A DNA stretch of 44,021 nt from a virus. The notes under the pieces are model-generated. The model was not told where the DNA came from. It made no database searches and saw only the letters and a program-made list of their open reading frames with translations. Made by a program: the position numbers and the translations under genes. Where the stretch lies: UHGV virus genome UHGV-0153635; one strand, written 5' to 3'. Below are positions 26,168-35,585 of the stretch, one piece after another. How positions within the stretch are numbered: position 1 is the stretch's first letter; each line of letters opens with the position of its first letter.

Positions 26168-27733
26168 TTATGCGATTAAGCCCAGTTGCTGAGCCGCTTG
26201 ATTAGGGTCTGCTGCCTGAAGAGCCTGTTGTTGCTGCTGCGCTGCTTGAGCTGCTCGCGTATCCTCCTGCTCCTGCAACTGCTTCAACTGCTCTTCCGTG
26301 TAGAAGAACTTGCTGCTGTTGATACCGAAGCTATCAAACACCGTATCAATCAAGGCATCCACGTTAGTACGCTTAGTGTACGTTTGTAGCACAGGTACAA
26401 TCAACTGCAAGGACTGCGTAGCTTCCAGTAGGCGGTCATTCTGCGCTGCTTTAGCGAGGGCTGCTGTACCCACCACGACATTCAGTGTCATAGCTTGCAG
26501 GTCCAACAGCGGCTGCATCTGCGGGTACAGCTCCAGACAGTACAGGTACGCCAGCTTAGTAAGCCATACGCTGCTTAGCTGACTGTACGCATCCCCCAGA
26601 GCCTCCTGTGCCTCCTGAGCATTCTGACGAATCTCATACGCCGTAACACGCTCTGCATCCCTGGTGTTGCCTCCGTACATAAACGCGCGGGCAAGACGTT
26701 GCTCAATGCTGGCAATCTCAGCCTGCATGACCTGAATCTTCTGGTAGACGCCGCCCTCATAGGCCCATATACCGGGGCCAGTAGTACCAGCCGGGGCATT
26801 AGTCTGGATGATGTCCCCTACCGCAGCTTCGTTGAATGCGTCGATATCTACACCGGATGCAGAGTTAGACATGTTCACAAAGCGCATAGCTTCAACTTCG
26901 TACAGCGTCAGGGCTTTACTCAGCTCAGATAATCTAGCGAACTCACCCGCGTAGTCCTCAACCAGCCCACGCCCGTAATGCTCAGAGTTAACGCGGTTCC
27001 AGACCAGTACCGTGTACGGGCACTGTTTCTCCGGATAGTAGCTAGGCTCGCCAACAGGTTTATTATCAACCTCCTGGTACACCTTGTAGACTACTGCACC
27101 GCCTTCTCGCACCTCACGGCATACGCCTGTATAGAGTTCCAGGTCCTCGTAATCTGCCTTGTTGTCGTACTGGATACGGTACTCATCGGGTAAATCCCCA
27201 ACGCAGATACGCTCCTTCAGGACAATCAGCATTACATCGCCAGAGCCATTACGCTTAACCGCGTAATCTCGGATGCTGTAGATATGAGAGCGCTGACGCT
27301 GCTTATCCCGGTACTCCAGGGCATTCCCTGTAACCATCAGCAGCTTCGTAGCGTGCAGCTTCGCAGCGTACTCTTCGTCTTTGTAGACCTGTGCCGACGC
27401 AGCCAGCTCAATCTCTGCCTGTACACTCGGTACTTCGCCCTGGATACCCAGCTCACCAACTACACCAGCCAGCTCATCGCTGTCTACGAAGCGGAAGAAC
27501 GGTGCTCCTTGAGGGAACAGCGATTTAACCACCTTGGTACTAGCGGTGTTAATCAGGATAGCTCCGAGGCTCTGGTAGTCCCGGTGCAGCGCCGAGCGCT
27601 TGCCGTCCATACCGGACAGGTCGCGCGTGAACACTGTGGGCAAAGACCACTCCGCGAATTTTTCAGCAGCTGTAAGGCATGAACTATCTTGCAGCTTAGC
27701 AAACAGCCCCGCTAGAGGCTCTTTAGGTTTCAT
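26168..27733 (-). CDS. portal (head-tail connector) protein (T7 gp8-like)
   Basis: ATG 27733 with GGAGG RBS (track GTG 27739 rejected); ATG overlaps the HNH stop as ATGA. Confidence 0.8.
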   Translation of the reverse strand: MKPKEPLAGLFAKLQDSSCLTAAEKFAEWSLPTVFTRDLSGMDGKRSALHRDYQSLGAILINTASTKVVKSLFPQGAPFFRFVDSDELAGVVGELGIQGEVPSVQAEIELAASAQVYKDEEYAAKLHATKLLMVTGNALEYRDKQRQRSHIYSIRDYAVKRNGSGDVMLIVLKERICVGDLPDEYRIQYDNKADYEDLELYTGVCREVREGGAVVYKVYQEVDNKPVGEPSYYPEKQCPYTVLVWNRVNSEHYGRGLVEDYAGEFARLSELSKALTLYEVEAMRFVNMSNSASGVDIDAFNEAAVGDIIQTNAPAGTTGPGIWAYEGGVYQKIQVMQAEIASIEQRLARAFMYGGNTRDAERVTAYEIRQNAQEAQEALGDAYSQLSSVWLTKLAYLYCLELYPQMQPLLDLQAMTLNVVVGTAALAKAAQNDRLLEATQSLQLIVPVLQTYTKRTNVDALIDTVFDSFGINSSKFFYTEEQLKQLQEQEDTRAAQAAQQQQQALQAADPNQAAQQLGLIA

Positions 27734-28182
27734 ACCCACGCCTCCACTGGACAGTTAGTATGTTTAGCAGCCTTAGCACGCATATAAGCTGCGCGAGCAT
27801 CTAGGATTGTACTGAAAGACCCTAGATGCTCAACCCCGTAATTGGTCCCTATGGCTGCGCAGAATGAGTAGCCGTTCCAGAAGAATCCTTTGCGCTTAGC
27901 ATTCTGAGCATTCTCTGCACGGGTAGCCGCACGTAAGTTAGATGGGGAGTTATTGGTTCGGCAGCGGTCTATGTGGTCTACCAGCTCAGGCCAATACCCG
28001 TGCGTTAGGTAGAACACTACGCGGTGTGCTTTGTAGGACACCCCTTTAATCTCGCCACAGTAGTAACCGTCCACTACTGTTTTCAGAGCAGGTTCACCAA
28101 CCTTGCACCGAGGACGTGCCACCTTCCAGGATAGCCCTGTAGGGCTGCTTGGGTCAATCTGCACTAGGTCTTGAATCTGCAT
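27730..28182 (-). CDS. HNH homing endonuclease (paralog family member 3)
   Basis: LVDHIDRCRTNNSPSNLR...AENAQN; ATG 28182 with AAGGAG RBS. Confidence 0.8.
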   Translation of the reverse strand: MQIQDLVQIDPSSPTGLSWKVARPRCKVGEPALKTVVDGYYCGEIKGVSYKAHRVVFYLTHGYWPELVDHIDRCRTNNSPSNLRAATRAENAQNAKRKGFFWNGYSFCAAIGTNYGVEHLGSFSTILDARAAYMRAKAAKHTNCPVEAWV

Positions 28183-28191
28183 CTTAGCTCC

Positions 28192-28455
28192 TTAAATGCC
28201 GAGCGCTGTGGATACCGCCCCCGCACGACGCTTTTTCTGTGACGCAGTGATATCGCTAGCCGAAGCCTGCGCTGCACCGCCTGAGTCTACTGTATTGATA
28301 TTCTCTGCCGAGGTATCAGCGTCTAACTGCGCTTGCGCTGCAAGCTGCTTCTGCTGCTCCTCGTACTGGCGCTGTTGCGCCTCCAGCGATTTTGTATCCG
28401 TCAACCCTACCATATCAGTGATAGAGCTTAAACCTTTCTTGAGAGAGTTGCTCAT
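28192..28455 (-). CDS. hypothetical small protein upstream of portal, Gln/Ala-rich
   Basis: ATG 28455 with AAGGGG RBS, ATGA overlap with upstream stop. Confidence 0.5.
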   Translation of the reverse strand: MSNSLKKGLSSITDMVGLTDTKSLEAQQRQYEEQQKQLAAQAQLDADTSAENINTVDSGGAAQASASDITASQKKRRAGAVSTALGI

Positions 28456-28877
28456 AGTCTCCACCCCTTCTGGATGTAAGTAGTATTATTAATTGCGCGG
28501 GATGTGATTAACCAATCCGCACCGTTCTCTTTAGCAATCCTGCGCATGTTCCTAACAAGGGTGCCGACTGCCGCTGGATGCCCCGGCTCTACTACCAAGA
28601 ACCAAGAGAGCATAACCTTGCCCGGATAATGAGAATCCTCTTTTAGTACAGGGTATAATGTAACTGCCCCCACTGGGGTATCCCCACTAAACACCACCAG
28701 CATAGAGTCTCCTTGGGCCTCTCGTACTACCCTCTGGAAGTGTTCCTCTAACTCTATACCTAGCTTTAAACCCGGACCATAGATATGAAGTTGTTTAATA
28801 ATACTAATTATATAATCACTAGAGTTACTCCAGTTATAGAGTCTAGTATTATACAGTGCTTTCTTTGTTTGGCTCAT
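28452..28877 (-). CDS. hypothetical protein (141 aa) in an AT-rich islet; weak acetyltransferase-like impression only
   Basis: ORF track; visibly lower GC than flanks; conserved 12-mer about 25 nt upstream of the ATG. Confidence 0.5.
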   Translation of the reverse strand: MSQTKKALYNTRLYNWSNSSDYIISIIKQLHIYGPGLKLGIELEEHFQRVVREAQGDSMLVVFSGDTPVGAVTLYPVLKEDSHYPGKVMLSWFLVVEPGHPAAVGTLVRNMRRIAKENGADWLITSRAINNTTYIQKGWRL

Positions 28878-28918
28878 GCTTCTCTTGCCCCTTGTTCTAT
28901 ACGTGCAACCTCTAATGG

Positions 28919-29287
28919 TTAGGATTTGTCCTGCTGCATCAGAAAAGCTATCATCCCTGCTCTTAAATGGTTAGTATCCTGTACTAGCACGTAATCTCCA
29001 TCTCCGTAAGGTGCTCTGGCTGTGTAGCAAACCCGTCCGCCTGAAGCCCCATCAGGACCGTAGTGTACTGTAATCTCTATACGGTTACGGTTTAGGATAC
29101 GCCATGCATCTGCTGGGTTGTTGCAGTAGTCCCGTGAGAAGCCGCCGTACCCATTGTCCATATAGACAACTGAGGAGTTCTGCGGGAAGGTTTTATTGTT
29201 GCATTCTGGTGATTTATTAATATCTGGCCAGAAAACATCGCTCACTCTTTTATTGATTTCAAAATCTGATAACTGTGAATAGTCCAT
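28919..29287 (-). CDS. hypothetical protein (~122 aa) in an AT-rich islet
   Basis: ATG 29287 with GAGAGG RBS, 10 nt after the RNAP stop; track start 29323 would overlap RNAP. Confidence 0.5.
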   Translation of the reverse strand: MDYSQLSDFEINKRVSDVFWPDINKSPECNNKTFPQNSSVVYMDNGYGGFSRDYCNNPADAWRILNRNRIEITVHYGPDGASGGRVCYTARAPYGDGDYVLVQDTNHLRAGMIAFLMQQDKS

Positions 29288-29297
29288 ATTATACCTC

Positions 29298-31739
29298 TCA
29301 ACAAAAGAAGAATGGGGATTCAAGTACTTGCGTTAAGTCCAGAGTGCCTTTCTGAGGCATCTCTAAACCTTCCAGGTCTGCGCCGCACTCTACCGCTGCG
29401 TCAGCCAGCGTTTGCAACGGGTCGTGCTCGGTGTACAAGCGCAGGAACTGCTCACGAATAGCTTTATGCATTGCGTCAACATCACAGGCATGCGTAGCCA
29501 GCGAGTCATGGATAGGCAGGATATCACCGTCGAAGGCGTTCAGTACCATCATCAGGTGCGTACTATCCAGCGAGTGCACGAAGTTCGGAGCGATACCAGA
29601 CTTAGCCTTACGGCGATTGTTCTGCTCGTAGTTACGGTTGTAACTGAGCAGGTACGTCAGGTTCATACTCTGAACTTTAACCCGGCACTCATCAGACTCT
29701 GTGTAGCGGTTAATGACCAACCCACCCAGCGGAGTCTTCCACTGTAAGTGCCGCTTAGTCGGGACACGTCCTGTAATCTGCTGAGCAAAGCGCATAGCCT
29801 TGGCAGCCGCAGGGTTAGCCTCCTCTACAGCAGCGCGCATACGCGGAGCTAAGTACCCTGCGAGCTTAAACAGGCTATACTCCTCAGTAGGCTCATAACC
29901 CTCATCCTTAGCACCCAGTAGGATGTACTCAGAGCAACTGCGTACAGTCGCAGAATACACATAGGTCATACAGGGGCGCTTGGTCATACTCCTAGTAATT
30001 GGGTTCTCTCTCCAGTACGTAGCCTGCACTACGTGCTCTGGGTCAGTGAGGTCCATGATTACCTTGGAGTCCGTGCGCTCCTTCACGTCCATGTACATAT
30101 CCGCTTTCTCTGCGTTACCCTCCCAGAACAGGTTCGTTAAGCGCCCACCGATTGGGTCCCGGAGCATTGCGCTGTAGTGCTGAGAACCCGAGTTTGTAGC
30201 GTCCATAGCGACTGGTACGTGCGATACATACTCTCGCGGCTCCACAGAGCTAAGAGCATTAACAAGCTCGACTGCTGCTGCCAGGAAGCACCATGGACTA
30301 TCTGCCTGTTTAAAAGCGTCCGAATTAAATGGGTCATCTGCCAGGCGTCTAATCGCTTCATAGTTCGCATCAGCCCAAGCTGCACGGGCTTCGAATAGGG
30401 CTTTGTCATAACCAAAGCAAGTGGCGACATGCACCTTGAGCCAAAATAATCCACGCTCCCCAAGCGGTTTTCCGCGACCAAATTCAAGCAAGGCCTTCTG
30501 CAAATCAGAACCTTGTGGGTGCAGGCTGGACTTGAAGTACAGGCGGTATCGCCAATCCACACAAGTCGGGAAGTACAGCTCTGTTTCATCTTTGAACTCC
30601 TCGCACATACTTACGGTTGTAACCAGGGCGCGAAGCTGCCCTACGCGAGTACGCTCATCCGCGTACCACTGGCGCATATGCATCTTCCACTCCTGGAACT
30701 CCTCAAGCTCACGCTCAGTGTACTCTTCCTTAGGCACACCATCCAAGCGCCACTCTGGTTTAGGGGCTGGGTTGCTGCTAGGCATGCCTGTGCTTACTCC
30801 CAAGGCACGCGCCTGCTGCACCAGCTTCAGCATAGTCTTATTAATACGGTACGGCACTTCCTGAGCACGATTCAGAGCCTGCTGTAACTGCGGAGCCTGC
30901 TTGAACGCCTCGGCTACTTCACGCTTCATGCTTCGCTGAATCTGTGAGTTGCTGTAAGTACCGCGTCTATCAATGTCCGTGAGGTATCCACCGGAGAACA
31001 TCGTATCATGCGGCTGCGGCGGGATAAGCATAGGTGGCTTCAGCTGCACTGTATCGGCGTGCTCTACCAGCTCAGACAGTACCTGCTCCAGCGCTGGGGC
31101 TGGGGTGAGATACTGCAACTGCGTCTTATCGCGCTTGCTCCACACGAACAGCCCGGTTTCCCACACCGCCTGCATCAAGAGCTTGCCCACGGAGATGCAC
31201 TGTGAGTTCGACCAAGGCTCATGCTGGTAATGCACGTTCTCAGCAGAGGCACGCAAGGTCTTCAGGATATGCGAGGGGCTGGTGGTATTACGTTCCTTCA
31301 GGTACTCATGCACCCGGTTCATATATGCCGGGGCTACAGCCTGGAGCTGCACAGCCAGTAGCTCCGCCTGAACCTGACGGCCCAGCGCAGAGAGCACGGA
31401 CTGTGCTGAGCTGGCACTGTTAGTGCCTACGTTAGAGAATAGCGAATCGAAGCACTTCGTCAAGGACATTACGGCCAGGACATCCGTAGGGATTAAGCGC
31501 AGGAACGCGCGGTACTTAGCGCCTACACCAGCAGTCTTCTCCTGCTTAGTGCTGTTGATGCCTGCGCATACAGTGTCGTATGCAGCCGCAATCATACGCT
31601 GCACTGGCGGCAAGGTGCTGAGGCTACCAGAGTCCAGGGCTTTCTGCACCAGGCTCTTGCTGCGCTCCAGGCTGCGTGTACGGTACTGCTGCTCTAGCTG
31701 GAGCTGTCGCTCTGTGCGTTCTTCTAAGGTTTCTTTCAA
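29298..31739 (-). CDS. single-subunit DNA-directed RNA polymerase (T7 RNAP family)
   Basis: 813 aa; SGSQHYSAMLRD, IAPNFVHSLDSTH, C-terminal ESPFFFC align with T7 RNAP motifs; TTG start with GAGGA RBS. Confidence 0.95.
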   Translation of the reverse strand: MKETLEERTERQLQLEQQYRTRSLERSKSLVQKALDSGSLSTLPPVQRMIAAAYDTVCAGINSTKQEKTAGVGAKYRAFLRLIPTDVLAVMSLTKCFDSLFSNVGTNSASSAQSVLSALGRQVQAELLAVQLQAVAPAYMNRVHEYLKERNTTSPSHILKTLRASAENVHYQHEPWSNSQCISVGKLLMQAVWETGLFVWSKRDKTQLQYLTPAPALEQVLSELVEHADTVQLKPPMLIPPQPHDTMFSGGYLTDIDRRGTYSNSQIQRSMKREVAEAFKQAPQLQQALNRAQEVPYRINKTMLKLVQQARALGVSTGMPSSNPAPKPEWRLDGVPKEEYTERELEEFQEWKMHMRQWYADERTRVGQLRALVTTVSMCEEFKDETELYFPTCVDWRYRLYFKSSLHPQGSDLQKALLEFGRGKPLGERGLFWLKVHVATCFGYDKALFEARAAWADANYEAIRRLADDPFNSDAFKQADSPWCFLAAAVELVNALSSVEPREYVSHVPVAMDATNSGSQHYSAMLRDPIGGRLTNLFWEGNAEKADMYMDVKERTDSKVIMDLTDPEHVVQATYWRENPITRSMTKRPCMTYVYSATVRSCSEYILLGAKDEGYEPTEEYSLFKLAGYLAPRMRAAVEEANPAAAKAMRFAQQITGRVPTKRHLQWKTPLGGLVINRYTESDECRVKVQSMNLTYLLSYNRNYEQNNRRKAKSGIAPNFVHSLDSTHLMMVLNAFDGDILPIHDSLATHACDVDAMHKAIREQFLRLYTEHDPLQTLADAAVECGADLEGLEMPQKGTLDLTQVLESPFFFC

Positions 31740-31782
31740 TTCGCTATCCTCTACGTTAATCTGGACGTTTCTGAGGTTATTA

Positions 31783-32448
31783 CTATCGGTTTGCTAAGTA
31801 AACTGCCTGCGCGAAGCCTCTCGGGGTAAGAGAGCGTAGCTGCTTAGTCTTAGGGGACTTACCGCCCAAGTAAGCCCAGCCCCAGAACTTGCCGATATGT
31901 GGCACAGGCTTCTTCTCAGGCATAATAAAACCGCCACCCACCCACAAGCAGGTCTTCTTAGTGTAAGCATCCTGAGCAGGCATACGCGGATGAAAGCTCT
32001 CTTCTTCCCCGGACATGTACCCGCCATACTCATATGGGTTAAAGTAATAGTCAGGCTTACGATATAGTGTAGATAACTTACCCACGGGGTTCTCAATCAT
32101 ATACCGGGCGTTGTAGTCCCGGGCTAGCTTAACAATCATCTTTGTATTAACCAGGGTAGCTAGCCCTGTGTGGTTATGTTTCGCCCCAGACACTGCAAAC
32201 TCTGTGCAATCTGGGAATGCAAAGATGATGTCTGGCGCTCCTAATCCTAAGCGGTATGCGAAGTCTTCAAAGTATTCATCAATCCAGCAGTTCACATAAG
32301 TTATATTCTCATGCTGGACCCGGATAGGTTCATAGCTTCCGTGGTTAGCATTCTCATAATTAAAGCAGTAGCACTTACAACCTGCATCAGCCCAAGGCTT
32401 AACCATAATGCCGGAACCGTCAAACATAGACCAGATAACTCTCTGCAT
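31783..32448 (-). CDS. compact DNA cytosine-C5 methyltransferase-like protein (221 aa)
   Basis: Ordered matches to C5-MTase motif I (MFDGSG), motif IV with catalytic Cys (FPDCTEFAVSG), motif VI (MIENPVG), C-terminal LTPR..AQAV resembling motifs IX/X; spacing of I-IV-VI similar to M.HhaI; ATG 32448 with AGGAGGG RBS. Confidence 0.5.
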   Translation of the reverse strand: MQRVIWSMFDGSGIMVKPWADAGCKCYCFNYENANHGSYEPIRVQHENITYVNCWIDEYFEDFAYRLGLGAPDIIFAFPDCTEFAVSGAKHNHTGLATLVNTKMIVKLARDYNARYMIENPVGKLSTLYRKPDYYFNPYEYGGYMSGEEESFHPRMPAQDAYTKKTCLWVGGGFIMPEKKPVPHIGKFWGWAYLGGKSPKTKQLRSLTPRGFAQAVYLANR

Positions 32449-32457
32449 AGCACCCTC

Positions 32458-32664
32458 CTAGATAGTGCAGCCGTCGCACGTACCATCGTCGTTGAGCTCG
32501 CAGGTGCTCTCTGTTTGGGCCTGCTCACGCTCTGCATTACGCGCTGCTACGGCATCTTCATCGAAGTCCAGGATGAACCCATCAAACTCATCCTTAGGCT
32601 CATCCTTAGGGCATGCCCCGATGCTGCAACGGTTAGTACAATCTGCTCCGCATTTACCTGTCAT
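32458..32664 (-). CDS. Cys-rich acidic mini-protein (68 aa), possible metal-binding
   Basis: C-x3-C-x3-C-x4-C-P near the N-terminus and C-x7-C-x2-C at the C-terminus; 9 nt upstream of the MTase-like gene. Confidence 0.45.
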   Translation of the reverse strand: MTGKCGADCTNRCSIGACPKDEPKDEFDGFILDFDEDAVAARNAEREQAQTESTCELNDDGTCDGCTI

Positions 32665-32823
32665 GCTATTCCCCTTTCTTAGTTTCTTGTTCGCGTCTTA
32701 CCCAAAGCTCGTGCATACCCAAATAAGCTTGTGCAGATGCAGCGTCACCGCGCCCCAGCGCTTCTTCGTAGCGTTCCCGGCACCATGCGCTAGGTGCCAG
32801 GGGTTCCTGTGTATTATCCAATA

Positions 32824-33075
32824 CTACCCCTTAACTTTGATTCCAGCTTCTTCTATACACTCTGCGCATAAATCTATAGCGTGCTGAGCAACCTCTGAAC
32901 TGTACATTCCAAACCCTTCTGTGGTTGTTGGTAGCTGCACTACAACAGCGTCACGCGAAGCCTGCCAACACTTGAAGTACGTACTTATAACTGAATTTTC
33001 AAAGTTGAGGCTACCTTTAACTGGGTCAACCTCTCTCTTGAACCACTTTTCAAACTGCTTTATTGATTCGTTCAA
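32824..33075 (-). CDS. hypothetical protein (83 aa)
   Basis: ORF track; TTG start with GGGAG RBS. Confidence 0.4.
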   Translation of the reverse strand: MNESIKQFEKWFKREVDPVKGSLNFENSVISTYFKCWQASRDAVVVQLPTTTEGFGMYSSEVAQHAIDLCAECIEEAGIKVKG

Positions 33076-33231
33076 TGCAAGGTCTCCCCGGCACTCTCTG
33101 AGTGCTCAATCAAGTAGAAGTCAATGTCCTTAGTAACGACACCCTCAAGGTATCCGACGTGCAGGAGGTTCTGCATGAACTCCTCCGCATCGTCCAGGTT
33201 ATCCGTATCCAGCTCAATCACTGCGGCAATC

Positions 33232-33669
33232 TTAGGCATTATCCTGCTCCAGTTCTATAGCGCGCTTAGCGCTCTCGTAGATGTTCTGGAGGTCCTCGGC
33301 AGCGTCTTTATGACCACGCTGCCCTACTGCCAGAGCCTTCTTGATGAGGTGCTGTAGTGCCGGGTTAACTACGGAGAAAGCACGCAGCACGTCATATACA
33401 TCCACAAACACCCCCGGCTTAATCTCCCGCAAGTACTTTACACCGTCCTGCGGCTGGCGCACCGGGTCAGACTTCGCTGCTTCAGCGGCAGGCTCTTCAT
33501 CCCAATCTATCAGCAGGGCGGAGAAGCCGTGCCAATGCTCGCATATAGAACCGTCCCAACACACACGGTAGCCACTGAAGGTCTCACCAATGATTGTTCC
33601 GGATAACCCCACATACCGACTATCACTACCTACATACTTTACGCGCCTACCAGTTGCAGTCTTACCCAT
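33232..33669 (-). CDS. hypothetical protein (145 aa)
   Basis: ORF track; ATG start. Confidence 0.5.
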   Translation of the reverse strand: MGKTATGRRVKYVGSDSRYVGLSGTIIGETFSGYRVCWDGSICEHWHGFSALLIDWDEEPAAEAAKSDPVRQPQDGVKYLREIKPGVFVDVYDVLRAFSVVNPALQHLIKKALAVGQRGHKDAAEDLQNIYESAKRAIELEQDNA

Positions 33670-34090
33670 TCTTAATTACCTCCCGTGCTTTCCTCTGTGC
33701 CCGCACCCTACGGCGCTTAGCGTTCTGTGCTGCCTTAGCTTCTTCCTCGGTCTTCCAGGAGTAGTACAGCAGCTGCGTTGGTTCCCGGTCTAGATAGTCA
33801 GCCACCCGGCGTAGAGCAGCAGCGATAGCAGCGCTAGACTGCATACTCCCAACAATCCAACGCCCAGCGGCTGATGCCACTTTGCCTTCTCCACCGTTAC
33901 AAGAGCGGTGCAAAGCCCCGCGAATACGCCCAGTTATATGGCAATGGTCAACCACAACAGAGTCACCTTTAACCCCCTTGATTGAGAAGTCCAGAGCACC
34001 TCCACAGAGCAGGCACACCCCGCCCTGCTCCTTCGCCAGCTTCATAGCTACGCTGCGGATTTGCCCGCGCGTAATCTTGCGTAGAATCAT
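33662..34090 (-). CDS. endonuclease VII-type Holliday-junction resolvase
   Basis: CLLCGG...VVDHCHITGRIRGALHRSCNGGEGK matches the T4 endo VII zinc/HNH-like core. Confidence 0.8.
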   Translation of the reverse strand: MILRKITRGQIRSVAMKLAKEQGGVCLLCGGALDFSIKGVKGDSVVVDHCHITGRIRGALHRSCNGGEGKVASAAGRWIVGSMQSSAAIAAALRRVADYLDREPTQLLYYSWKTEEEAKAAQNAKRRRVRAQRKAREVIKNG

Positions 34091-34287
34091 TCCCGCACCA
34101 CCTTGAAACTGCGGAAGTAGTCCGACATGGAGTAGCTACTAGAGGTATGGCGGACCCCAGGGTTCGGTGCTAAGACGAATGTATAACCATCTTCTGACAC
34201 ATACTCTACGGTGTACTTATTACCTGTGTGAATACTCTGTATAATATCCCCAACTTCTAACCTCATAACCCAATCTCCTCTAAGCAA
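34087..34287 (-). CDS. hypothetical protein (66 aa)
   Basis: ORF track. Confidence 0.4.
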   Translation of the reverse strand: MLRGDWVMRLEVGDIIQSIHTGNKYTVEYVSEDGYTFVLAPNPGVRHTSSSYSMSDYFRSFKVVRE

Positions 34288-34460
34288 TCCAGGTCATGCT
34301 GCTCGTGAATCGCAGCAGCCATAGCTTTAGCAAGCTCTCGATGCTGCTCGGGGTACTGCTCTGCCATTGCAAGCATAAGCAGTTCCAGCTTAATGAATTC
34401 GTCTGCATAGAATAACTCCCAGGCCTTAAGGCGCATCTGCTTCATTGATTGTTTCTTCAT
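34263..34460 (-). CDS. hypothetical protein (65 aa)
   Basis: ORF track. Confidence 0.4.
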   Translation of the reverse strand: MKKQSMKQMRLKAWELFYADEFIKLELLMLAMAEQYPEQHRELAKAMAAAIHEQHDLDCLEEIGL

Positions 34461-35385
34461 TACCCTGCTCCAGAATATAGGTTCGGTACTGCTTGTGATA
34501 GTCCCTGAGCTGGGTTAACCAGCTCCTGTATTCTGGAGTAGTTACCAAAGACATCAGGTACTCATACGCTGAATCCTGTTCGTGCCTTCTCAGCCAGAGT
34601 GCTTCTGCTTCCGCCAGTACATCCTGCCCTATGGCTGCGTAGGCTCCTAGGACACGCTCTGCGGCCTCCTCTGCTGAGGCAATAGGGTTGATTACCTCGA
34701 AGGCTTTCGTAGCCCCACAGAGCTTCCCATTGAGCCTGAGGATGCCTTTGATGTTGTCTGCTGCATCACCAGCCAGTAACTGCGCGAAGAAGAACTTTGT
34801 TCCCTGCCCGACTATTGGGAATGAGTGTGATTCGTCCCACGCGATGTAGCCATACGGGTCAGATACTCCCTCCAAGGTATGTCCTGCTGGCATCTCAAGT
34901 CTGGCGTATGGTGATAATCGAAGGTCCTTATCGCCGGAGCTGATGATACAGCGTTCCCTAAAGCGATATGAATCCATAACGATAAGGTCGTCCGCTTCAT
35001 ATTCATAGCTCCCCAGCACCTCTATACCGTGCTGACTGTACTCATTAGGATTGCTCAGCAGGTGCCGCTTCAGCGGCTGCTTGAGAGGTAGCTCCGGGCG
35101 CGCAGTACGTTGCGCCTGGTAAGGTCGTACAGTCGGTAGCAGGTATCTACCGCACTTAGCACAACCAGTAGGAGTAAGATACACCAGACACTCTTTGACG
35201 TTAGCATAGAAACATTGCTCCAATACCCATGTGTAGAACCTGCGTATGGCCGTATCTAAGCGCTTGCAGGTTGCAGCCGCAGCATACACCCCGAAGTCGC
35301 CATCCAGCAGCAGAATCTTGTCTGATACAGCAGGGGCCTGCAACTGCTCAGGCAGGCCCGATAAGTCGATGCCCCGTATCTGCAT
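34426..35385 (-). CDS. 5'-3' exonuclease (T7 gp6 / FEN family)
   Basis: KILLLDGDFGVYAAAA and CIISSGDKDLRLSP parallel T7 gp6 motifs. Confidence 0.85.
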   Translation of the reverse strand: MQIRGIDLSGLPEQLQAPAVSDKILLLDGDFGVYAAAATCKRLDTAIRRFYTWVLEQCFYANVKECLVYLTPTGCAKCGRYLLPTVRPYQAQRTARPELPLKQPLKRHLLSNPNEYSQHGIEVLGSYEYEADDLIVMDSYRFRERCIISSGDKDLRLSPYARLEMPAGHTLEGVSDPYGYIAWDESHSFPIVGQGTKFFFAQLLAGDAADNIKGILRLNGKLCGATKAFEVINPIASAEEAAERVLGAYAAIGQDVLAEAEALWLRRHEQDSAYEYLMSLVTTPEYRSWLTQLRDYHKQYRTYILEQGNEETINEADAP

Positions 35386-35585
35386 TAATCCCCCGGCTTT
35401 TGCAGTTCATACAGGCGTTGAGCCTCTTTAATACCGCAGGTCCAGGCTGACAAGCAGGCGCCACCCGCCCCCTTACCGGAAATAATGCGCGCACCAGCTG
35501 CCATTAACAGGACTCCTGGCACAATAAGCACCACTGCTGGGATCGTGAATAAGTATTTCAGCATATTAGTACCCCGCAGCTTCAA
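35385..35585 (-). CDS. small membrane protein (66 aa)
   Basis: ORF track; hydrophobic segment FTIPAVVLIVPGVLLMAAGA. Confidence 0.4.
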   Translation of the reverse strand: MKLRGTNMLKYLFTIPAVVLIVPGVLLMAAGARIISGKGAGGACLSAWTCGIKEAQRLYELQKPGD

